Assembly (NCBI GenBank): GCA_041640575.1
Contig: JBEPZZ010000011.1
Coordinates: 22,130-47,107 of the forward strand
Reading direction: 5' to 3'
Source: Pseudothermotoga sp.
Lineage (GTDB): Bacteria > Thermotogota > Thermotogae > Thermotogales > DSM-5069
DNA length: 24,978 nucleotides
In this document: one piece after another, positions 18,029 through 24,978 of the stretch
Layout of the letters: every line of letters starts with the position of its first letter
How positions within the stretch are numbered: the first letter of the stretch is position 1
The notes under the pieces: generated by a model
What the model was told of the DNA's origin: nothing
The model's input: the letters and a program-made list of their open reading frames with translations, nothing else
The model's database searches: none
Translations under genes and position numbers: made by a program

Positions 18029-19856
18029 CTATCAGTTCTTCACTACCTTCGTATGATGCCTTCACAAAAACTGGAGGGTAACCTAAAGGCGAGTCAACCT
18101 CTACCCATCCTTTTTTGAATTGTTTTCTACTCCAAATATGAATCCATTGATCATCAGGAAGATAAACTTTCCAGGTTACTGAATTTGGTGCCAATACAGG
18201 TGCAACAAGCACATTCTCACCAAGTAAGTACTGATATTTGATTTTCAGACAAACTTGGTCGTTTGGGTAATCTAACATCAGAGGCCTTATCATTGGAAAG
18301 TTTGTCTTGCTTGCTTTCTCAAGTTCGCTTTTGAGATAGTTTTTCAAGGCATAGTGTATGCGAGCCATTCTTGCGAAATGGTTTAGAACCCTTGGATCAG
18401 AAAACTGAAAGTTCTTGTATGGTCTATTGGTTTGGTGAGTCCTCATGATGGGTGAAAATGCAGAAATTTCGGCCCATCGCATGAAGAGGTGAGGTGTCCG
18501 CTTTAACCAAAAGACAGATGTATAACCTCCTGCATCGAAATGAGCTAATTTCACCCCACAAAGGCCCATGCTAATCATTGCCGGTATTACTGATGCTATT
18601 CCGTCTGTTTTCGACCAATCCACGTTTTGATCCCCCACCCAGTGAATTGGTGCATAAATTGTTGATCCAAGATAACCAGCTCTCATAAAGAAGATAGCTT
18701 CTCTCCCAGATTCGCTAACTGCCTCCGAATTTAACCTCGACCACAACACCGGGTACTTGTTATGGTAATCAAAACCATTTCCACCAGCAAGTTGTGCATC
18801 CATTGGAAGATATTCACCAAAATCTGCCATCCAACCGCTCATTCCAATGGAGAGTAAGTTGTTTTTTACCAGCTCTTTGTACCAGTCGTAAGCTTCCTGA
18901 TTTGAAAGATCGATCATACCCGCAGGAAAGGTTGTCACGTAAATGTCATAAAAATTGCCATGTTTGTCCCTGATCAAATACCCCCTTGACGCTGCTTCAT
19001 TGTAGAGTGGACCATTTTTTATCAAAAATGGGTTTATGTATCCTAAAAATCGTATACCCTTGCTTTTCCAACGATCTATATGCTGTGGCAGATCACGATA
19101 ATCTGTTTGGTCATACGACCAATTCCAGTAGACTTGTCTACCAAATTTCGTGAAATTCTTTCCACACCAGTCCTGACACCAAAGTGCGGAAAGTGGTATA
19201 GAATTTTGCTCACAAGTTTGAATAACTTTTTCGGCTGCTTCTATACCACCTTGACTTGCTATCCAAACACCAAACATCCAATCATAAATGGGAGGCTTGG
19301 ATCCATAGTTTTTATGAAATTGGCGTACAATTTCCTCGAATTTACCTTCTAAGAGTATCACCTTAACCTTGTTATCATATATTTCAAATCTCAGTTCGTC
19401 AGACTTGGTGAAATCCACTTTGATCAAAGCTCCCGTATCCAAAATTATTCCGTAACCTGCAGTTGAGAAAAAAACCGGTTGGGGGAAATACGTTGAATAC
19501 CAATTTCCTCTTACGCCTTTCAACCAAGCAAGAAAAGAAATTAAATTATGTCCTCTTCCAACACCTTGTTCCTGGACGACAACGAAAAACTTCTTTCCTT
19601 TCAAATTCAAATGTGTATATTGCTCACCACCACCAAAAATAGCCTCTTTTTTTTGAGCCTTTAGTTTCAAAATCAAAGAGTTTGCTTTATTTGAACCTCT
19701 AACCAAAAATGTGACGGGATTATCATTGACCTGTTTTAAGCTTTCCAAGCCAAGTGAACTTCTTTCTAAAATCTTCCATTTGATTTTGAGATGACCATGC
19801 ACATCCTCGACATCGACAGAAGCTTGTGCTTCTAGAATATCAAGAAAGCGGTTCAC
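18006..19856 (-). CDS. yihQ: GH31 alpha-glycosidase, sulfoquinovosidase (YihQ/SqvC/SftG)-like
   Basis: GGGEQ, EQGVGR, TYFPQP, QDW.G...FG...YWNW, GYINP, GWMADFGEYLP (nucleophile), W.GDQNVDWS..DG..SVIPA (acid/base), D.GGYT and MRTH..NRP. These match the recalled YihQ subfamily pattern. Confidence 0.82.
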   Translation of the reverse strand: MNRFLDILEAQASVDVEDVHGHLKIKWKILERSSLGLESLKQVNDNPVTFLVRGSNKANSLILKLKAQKKEAIFGGGEQYTHLNLKGKKFFVVVQEQGVGRGHNLISFLAWLKGVRGNWYSTYFPQPVFFSTAGYGIILDTGALIKVDFTKSDELRFEIYDNKVKVILLEGKFEEIVRQFHKNYGSKPPIYDWMFGVWIASQGGIEAAEKVIQTCEQNSIPLSALWCQDWCGKNFTKFGRQVYWNWSYDQTDYRDLPQHIDRWKSKGIRFLGYINPFLIKNGPLYNEAASRGYLIRDKHGNFYDIYVTTFPAGMIDLSNQEAYDWYKELVKNNLLSIGMSGWMADFGEYLPMDAQLAGGNGFDYHNKYPVLWSRLNSEAVSESGREAIFFMRAGYLGSTIYAPIHWVGDQNVDWSKTDGIASVIPAMISMGLCGVKLAHFDAGGYTSVFWLKRTPHLFMRWAEISAFSPIMRTHQTNRPYKNFQFSDPRVLNHFARMARIHYALKNYLKSELEKASKTNFPMIRPLMLDYPNDQVCLKIKYQYLLGENVLVAPVLAPNSVTWKVYLPDDQWIHIWSRKQFKKGWVEVDSPLGYPPVFVKASYEGSEELIAKVRGVL

Positions 19857-21186
19857 AGATATCCCATCCTTTCAGCTGTGCTATCATCTTCAAAGAAGAT
19901 GAATAAGATCCGTAAGCCATAACAATGTGGTGTGCAAATCCTGTTTCGATTACTTTCTCAAGAAAGCTTTTCGGGTTTTTCAAATTTATTCTCACATAGC
20001 TACCTTTTAGTTCTTGCGAGGTTTCGACTGCTTCGGTTTCATAAACAAGAAGAACCCAACGATTTCTAATGTAATCAAGTCGTGCCAGGGTTACTGGTCC
20101 AGGTTTCAGTACAAAACCAACTGTAACACCCTTTCCACCAGCAAAATATGTATCCAGGTGTCTTTCGGATTTCCCATCCCAAAGATTGTGCGCTGCTACA
20201 CCACAGTGCCAGAGAAGCAACTGACCATTTTCAAAAATCTGACTCAAATCTGCTAAGTAGGTCTCATTGCACTCAAAAGCTTTGAAGATGAGCATTGTTA
20301 TTGCACCAAGAATATCGCCCTCACAAGCCATTATTCTTCCCTCAGCTATGTTGAAAGACATTGCTGCACATGGAGAAATGCCGTAATAAGTTGCAAATTC
20401 TGGCCAACATCTTATTGCCAGCGCACAGAACCTTGAATTCTCGAATACTCTTTGCAATGCTATCTTCAACCTTGCGACCTTTTCAAGTCTTTCTTCGTCC
20501 ATTGATGGTGCAAATTTGTACAAGGATTGATATTTTTCTTTTTGCATTACAAGTTCTTCACTTGTAACAGTGAATTGAAAGACTTCTTCAAAGGTCACAG
20601 GCTCGACAAGAACACCAAGTTCTTTGTAAAGCTCTGGCTCATAAACATCAATGTTCACGAAACTTTTTGCTCGTCCGCCCAAAATGCCTATCTTACACTC
20701 TTTCAAAGTTTTAATTACTCTAATTGCATTTAACCAATCTGAGAGTTTTCTCTTGAATTCATCATCTAACAGAGTGCCGTATGCGAAAGTTAGATCGGTC
20801 CTACCAGATCTGTAAAGGTTTGAAAAATCTAGATGTGCCCCAACTATTGAATTAAGTCGAATTCTTCCGCCATTGTAAGGTGGTTCTGGGATAGCCCAGC
20901 ATAAAATTGGTGTTGTTGGAAAGTTTCTCGATATTTGCAATGCCACATCGCCTAAGTGAAAGGTAGCACTCAAAAGTATTATTCCGTCGACTGATGCTTT
21001 TTGCATTGTTTGTAGAAAGGATTTTAGCGATTCCACATATTCGATAGGACCTGCTGGAAAAATCCATTGCACGGTCTTATAAGAGTTTTGCAAAAGATTT
21101 GCTTGATCTCTGAAAATTTTTGTTCCTTCAGCAACGTCGTAAGTACTTCTAGCAAGTGCTATCACAGCTATCCGCATTTCTTCCAA
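19840..21186 (-). CDS. sqvD: L-fucose-isomerase-like protein, probable sulfoquinovose isomerase (SqvD/SftI type)
   Basis: IRCWPEF, ACEGD..GA.TM, LWHCGVA, TLARLD and GFAHH motifs of the fucose-isomerase-like family. SQ specificity is inferred from gene context. Confidence 0.72.
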   Translation of the reverse strand: MEEMRIAVIALARSTYDVAEGTKIFRDQANLLQNSYKTVQWIFPAGPIEYVESLKSFLQTMQKASVDGIILLSATFHLGDVALQISRNFPTTPILCWAIPEPPYNGGRIRLNSIVGAHLDFSNLYRSGRTDLTFAYGTLLDDEFKRKLSDWLNAIRVIKTLKECKIGILGGRAKSFVNIDVYEPELYKELGVLVEPVTFEEVFQFTVTSEELVMQKEKYQSLYKFAPSMDEERLEKVARLKIALQRVFENSRFCALAIRCWPEFATYYGISPCAAMSFNIAEGRIMACEGDILGAITMLIFKAFECNETYLADLSQIFENGQLLLWHCGVAAHNLWDGKSERHLDTYFAGGKGVTVGFVLKPGPVTLARLDYIRNRWVLLVYETEAVETSQELKGSYVRINLKNPKSFLEKVIETGFAHHIVMAYGSYSSSLKMIAQLKGWDICEPLS

Positions 21187-21193
21187 ATTTATC

Positions 21194-22612
21194 TCACTCC
21201 CTTATGTCTATGGCAATTGTCTTCAATTCAGTCATTTCTTCTATTGCAAACCTTACACCTTCTCTTCCCAATCCACTCTTTTTGTATCCACCATAGGGCA
21301 TGAAATCGGCTCTGAATCTTGAGCTGTCGTTTATTATCACACCACCAAACTGAAGTTCTTCGATTGCTTTTATCATTTCGGAGATTCTAGAAGTAAAAAT
21401 TCCTGCTTGCAAACCATACTGAGTTGAATTTGCCATTCTTATTGCTTCGTCAAAATCAGTGTATCTGTTGACGGTAACGGCTGGTCCAAAGAGCTCTTCT
21501 TTCATAATGTGTGTATCTTCGGGAACGTCAAGCAAAACAGTTGGTTCAACCATAGTGAAATTCCTTTTGCCTCCTACAGCTATGGTGGCACCCTTTTGTA
21601 CTGCTTCCTCAAACCAGCTGACTATTCTTATAGCATTTTGCTCGTCTATAACTGGTCCCATTGTTGTGTCTGAAAGTTTTGGATCACCAAATTTTATCTT
21701 TTTGACCTTCTCGACAAGCCTTTCCACAAATTCTGAATAAACTTTGTTGTGCACAAAAACCCTTTGTACCGATATACAAACTTGACCTGCGATTGCATAA
21801 CCACCATTAACAGTGGCATCAACAGCTCTTTCAATGTTTGCACTGTCGGTAACTATTAAAGGAGAATTAGACCCAAGTTCAAGTAGAAGCCTTTTTAAAC
21901 CAGCTTCTTTGCACAATTTTTCACCAACTTCAACGCTACCTGTGAAACTGAGGATTCTTATTCTCGGATCTCTAACTAGTTTCATTCCTACTGTTCCGCC
22001 CGGACCTGTCACAACGCTCACTGCTTGAGGTGGTAAGCCTGCTTCCAATAGTAATTCGCCAAGAACCAATGCATTGAGAGGTGTTTGAGAAGCTGGTTTG
22101 ATAATCACAGAGTTACCAGCAGCTATTGCTGGTGCAACTTTGTGTGCGCAAAGTGCAAAAGGTACGTTGAATGGAACTATGGCAAGTACTATGCCAGAAG
22201 GTTCTCTGAAGAAATAACCTCTTTTCCATTCCGATCCTTTGGTTGAATCAAATGGTAAAGTCTCACCATGAATTCTTCTTGCTTCTTCTGAAGCCAGCTT
22301 GAAAATTTCTGCAGTGCGTACGACCTCAGCTTCCGCTTCTTTGATAGTCTTTCCAACTTCGTTTACCAAGATTTCCGAAAGCCGCTTCTTTTCTCTTAGA
22401 ATCAACTGTGAGGTTTGCTCAAGTATTTCAGATCTTTTCCATGCTGGAAGTTTTTTCATCAAATGGAAACCCTCTAAGGCTGACTGAACAGCTTTTTCAA
22501 TGTCTTCAGAGGTTGCTATTGGAACTTCATCAACAACTTCACCAGTATAGGGATAGCGAACTTGTATTTTTTCGGGTCGATCAATAAAATTTCCCGCAAT
22601 TATCATCTTCAA
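21194..22612 (-). CDS. NAD(P)+-dependent aldehyde dehydrogenase, probable 3-sulfolactaldehyde dehydrogenase (SlaB/SftD-like)
   Basis: PFNVP, KPASQTP, FTGSVEVG, LELGSN, AGQVCISVQR (catalytic Cys), EELFGP and PYGG.KKSG.GREG. TTG at 22612 follows GGAGGTG. Confidence 0.78.
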   Translation of the reverse strand: MKMIIAGNFIDRPEKIQVRYPYTGEVVDEVPIATSEDIEKAVQSALEGFHLMKKLPAWKRSEILEQTSQLILREKKRLSEILVNEVGKTIKEAEAEVVRTAEIFKLASEEARRIHGETLPFDSTKGSEWKRGYFFREPSGIVLAIVPFNVPFALCAHKVAPAIAAGNSVIIKPASQTPLNALVLGELLLEAGLPPQAVSVVTGPGGTVGMKLVRDPRIRILSFTGSVEVGEKLCKEAGLKRLLLELGSNSPLIVTDSANIERAVDATVNGGYAIAGQVCISVQRVFVHNKVYSEFVERLVEKVKKIKFGDPKLSDTTMGPVIDEQNAIRIVSWFEEAVQKGATIAVGGKRNFTMVEPTVLLDVPEDTHIMKEELFGPAVTVNRYTDFDEAIRMANSTQYGLQAGIFTSRISEMIKAIEELQFGGVIINDSSRFRADFMPYGGYKKSGLGREGVRFAIEEMTELKTIAIDIRE

Positions 22613-22634
22613 CTTCGAACACCTCCAAGCAGAT

Positions 22635-23804
22635 TCAAGCACTCGGGTAAAGCTTGGTTAGAACGAATTCCTTATGGTTTAATATTTCAGCCTTAACCAG
22701 TCTGCCATTAGCAGTTTCCAATATTCTTTGCCACAAGATTTCTGCTGCTTCATCTAGTGTGATGTGCCCTCTCAGTAATGCTGAGACATCCACGTCTATA
22801 TGTTCCTCCATGCATTTAACTGTTTTTTCGTTTGCAGTGATTTTTACCACTGGAATTATTGGGTTTCCGATCGGATTACCCTGTCCTGTTGGGAAGAGAT
22901 GTATAACGGCACCGGCAGCTGCAAAGAGAGTTACGGCTTCAGCAGCCGCAGAAGATGTGTTCATAAAATAAAGCCCTTTTCCTTTTGGCTTTTCTGCATA
23001 ATCTAAAGCACCATCTATTAAAGCATTACCAATTTTCTGAATGTTTCCCAAAGCTTTTTCTTCTATTGTGCTCAGACCACCTGCTATATTACCTTGAGTT
23101 GGCTGTGAACCGAGTAAATCTACTCCTTGAGACTTTATAAGCTGTTGATACTCATTGAAGAACTGCACAAACTTTTCCCTATCTTGTGGATTTTTAAATC
23201 TTGAGGAAATAATATGTTCCGCGCCTGTTAACTCCGTCGTTTCACCAAATAAAACAGTACCCCCCATAGCTAAGAATTTTTCTGTAAATCTTCCGACAAC
23301 TCTGTTTGCACCTAATCCTGAGGTTGTGTCAGATTCACCACACTTCAGACTTATAACAAGCTCAGTTACATCAACTGGTTCCCTTTTCAAGTTAGTTGCA
23401 TCTTCTACGAATTTAACGGCAGTTTTCATGACTCTTTCAATTGTCTTGATTTGTCCGCTGCCTTCAATCCAAAAAGCTTCCACAGGCTTTCTCGTCTTGG
23501 CTATCTCTTCGGCTACAATTTGTGTCCATTTCGGTTCTACTCCCACAACAATAACTGCCGCAACATTTGGATTTGAACCAGTTCCAATTAATGTTCTAAA
23601 AAGGAGTTCCAGATCTTTTCCAAACTGTAGTCTGCCATACGGATGAGGAATAGCAAGTGTTCCGGCAATGGCTTTTTCTACGGCTTCAACAACGGCGTTC
23701 GAGATATCATCAACTGTTATTAGAAGAACATAATTTCTAACACCAACAGAACCGTCTTGCCTTCTATATCCGATTATTTCTCTTTTCAATTTCTTCACCC
23801 CCAT
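22635..23804 (-). CDS. suyB: sulfolactate sulfo-lyase beta subunit (UxaA family)
   Basis: GYRR.DG.VGVRN, VDDISNA, PHPYGRLQFG.DL.L.FRTLIGTG.NPNVAA, KCGESDTTSGL, SQPT.GNI.GGLSTIEEKALGN, MNTSSAAAE and FPTGQGN. This is the recalled SuyB-type pattern. Exact start is uncertain. Confidence 0.85.
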   Translation of the reverse strand: MGVKKLKREIIGYRRQDGSVGVRNYVLLITVDDISNAVVEAVEKAIAGTLAIPHPYGRLQFGKDLELLFRTLIGTGSNPNVAAVIVVGVEPKWTQIVAEEIAKTRKPVEAFWIEGSGQIKTIERVMKTAVKFVEDATNLKREPVDVTELVISLKCGESDTTSGLGANRVVGRFTEKFLAMGGTVLFGETTELTGAEHIISSRFKNPQDREKFVQFFNEYQQLIKSQGVDLLGSQPTQGNIAGGLSTIEEKALGNIQKIGNALIDGALDYAEKPKGKGLYFMNTSSAAAEAVTLFAAAGAVIHLFPTGQGNPIGNPIIPVVKITANEKTVKCMEEHIDVDVSALLRGHITLDEAAEILWQRILETANGRLVKAEILNHKEFVLTKLYPSA

Positions 23805-24076
23805 CTGAGAGATTTGATATTGTGAACGTGCACGTGTGAACCTTTTGTTATTTTTTTCACTGCTACGCCTATTGTTTCCCCGTATTCTCGAACTTTTTCC
23901 CCTACTTCAATGTCTCTCAAAGCTATTTTGTGACCATAGGGAACATCTTCTTTAACTTCAATTTCGTACTCTTCAGATTCATCGAGGGTTTTTCCTTTGA
24001 CGATCTCACCCTTTTTCATATCTCTTATGGCTACTCCAACATCATCACCCTGCATGTGAACTAGAAAACCCAACAT
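23795..24076 (-). CDS. suyA: sulfolactate sulfo-lyase alpha subunit (SAF domain)
   Basis: FLVH...DDVGVA, VPYGHKIALRDI..G..V..YG..IG and G.HVHVHNIKS.RW. Overlaps the suyB start and has a GGAGGG RBS. Confidence 0.85.
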   Translation of the reverse strand: MLGFLVHMQGDDVGVAIRDMKKGEIVKGKTLDESEEYEIEVKEDVPYGHKIALRDIEVGEKVREYGETIGVAVKKITKGSHVHVHNIKSLRWG

Positions 24077-24091
24077 GATTGTCCCCTCCAA

Positions 24092-24751
24092 TCACTGGTG
24101 TATTTTGTCCCACGCGTCACAGAATATTTCAAGTCCAAGTCTGACATATGGATCTTCAAAACCTTTTTTGTACACATCAAAACCAGCAGTTACTATATCC
24201 GCTCCTGCCAGAGCTGCTTCCTCAAAATGTTTGAGATTTCTGACAGCTGCGATGAGCACTTTCGACTGGAAACCATAATTCTTGACAACCTTTACAATTG
24301 TTTCTATGAAATCTTTTTCAAAATCGCCGCGCTCCTCCTTCCATCCGACGAATGGACTTATATAGTAAGCCCCAAGTTTAGCTGCTTGTAGCGCTTGTAA
24401 GACGTTGAAAACCAGAGTCATGTTGACTTTGACATTTTTTTGTCCGAGTTTGTCTAACGCCACAAAGCCTGGTTCTGTTGCAGGAATTTTTATCACAAAA
24501 TTTCTACAAAGTGAGGCAAGGCTCATGGCTTGCTCAACCATTTTTTCGGGATCATTCAAATGCGGGTCAATTTCTAAACTTACACTGATTTGTGTTCCAT
24601 CGATCATTGGTATTATTTTTTTGATGAATTCTTCCATTTTCATGTTAGCGTTCATAAGGTGCCTTGGATTTGTAGTGATTCCGTCGATTTTCCAGTTTTT
24701 GATCGCGTATTCGATTTCCTCAAGTTTTGCACTATCTAAGAAGAACAACAT
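24092..24751 (-). CDS. sqvA: transaldolase family protein, probable 6-deoxy-6-sulfofructose transaldolase (SqvA/SftT)
   Basis: FLDSA, GITTNPRH, VIKIP (Schiff-base Lys), SPFVGWKE and AAVRN. It has NPRH and GW where ordinary small transaldolases have NPS/T and GR. ATG at 24751 follows GAGGAGGTG. Confidence 0.85.
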   Translation of the reverse strand: MLFFLDSAKLEEIEYAIKNWKIDGITTNPRHLMNANMKMEEFIKKIIPMIDGTQISVSLEIDPHLNDPEKMVEQAMSLASLCRNFVIKIPATEPGFVALDKLGQKNVKVNMTLVFNVLQALQAAKLGAYYISPFVGWKEERGDFEKDFIETIVKVVKNYGFQSKVLIAAVRNLKHFEEAALAGADIVTAGFDVYKKGFEDPYVRLGLEIFCDAWDKIHQ

Positions 24752-24764
24752 GTGTTTCACCTCC

Positions 24765-24978
24765 TCATCCTTTAACCCCACCTGTAGATAACCCTTTCAC
24801 AATGTATCGTTGCAAGCTAAGGGTTACTGAAAACACTGGTAAAAGCATTAATGTCCCCGCTGCTGAAAGTTGACCCCAAAGTGGTGCGTATTGACCAAGG
24901 AAGGCATTCACAACTACTGGTGCGGTCTTCGCTCTAGCTCCAGTCAAAACTAGTGCATAGATAAATTCATTCCAGCTC
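24765..24978 (-). CDS. carbohydrate ABC transporter permease (MalG-like), 5'-truncated by the window edge
   Basis: SWNEFIYALVLT...T.PV...WGQLSAA...LLPV...LQRYIVKGLSTGGVKG is a typical CUT1 permease C-terminus. Confidence 0.88.
   Translation of the reverse strand, partial: SWNEFIYALVLTGARAKTAPVVVNAFLGQYAPLWGQLSAAGTLMLLPVFSVTLSLQRYIVKGLSTGGVKG

Noticed and set aside
23155..23646. 163-aa plus-strand ORF and the many other short antisense or alternate-frame ORFs
   Set aside because: They are shadows of well-supported genes, with no recognisable motifs.
22635..24076. Split altronate/galactarate dehydratase (uxaA/garD) or a broken uxaA pseudogene
   Set aside because: Both parts are intact. The motifs (PHPYGRLQFG, KCGESDTTSG, HNIKS.RW) are SuyAB-type and the context is sulfosugar catabolism.
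1..24978. CRISPR arrays, tRNA/rRNA, IS elements, prophage or defence genes
   Set aside because: By eye I found no regularly spaced repeats, cloverleaf signatures, transposase/integrase motifs or phage genes. Nearly all sequence is accounted for by CDSs.

Overview
A gene-dense, AT-rich bacterial chromosomal window, most likely Thermotogota (Pseudothermotoga-like). This is inferred from proteins closely resembling T. maritima TM0160 (DUF151), the adjacent IspA and the TM1459 cupin. The left ~17 kb is housekeeping and envelope content: cobO/btuR, yitT, a UPF0104 membrane protein, mreB plus a cryptic mreC-like gene, a minus-strand run (moaD/thiS, thiF, plsC, DUF151, ispA, a large pseudo-hydrolase, a TPR protein), pfkB, gntK with a 2-hydroxyacid dehydrogenase, a cupin, and a TetR with an ABC exporter behind a tandem palindromic operator. 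The main result is the right ~7 kb, a minus-strand operon that reads as a sulfoquinovose (SQ) sulfo-transaldolase pathway: ABC permease, SF transaldolase, SLA dehydrogenase, SQ isomerase and a YihQ-like GH31. The sulfolactate sulfo-lyase genes suyAB are inserted inside it, which suggests one-organism SQ desulfonation to pyruvate and sulfite. No rRNA, tRNA, CRISPR or mobile element was seen. All homology calls come from motif recognition and recalled reference sequences, not from database searches.
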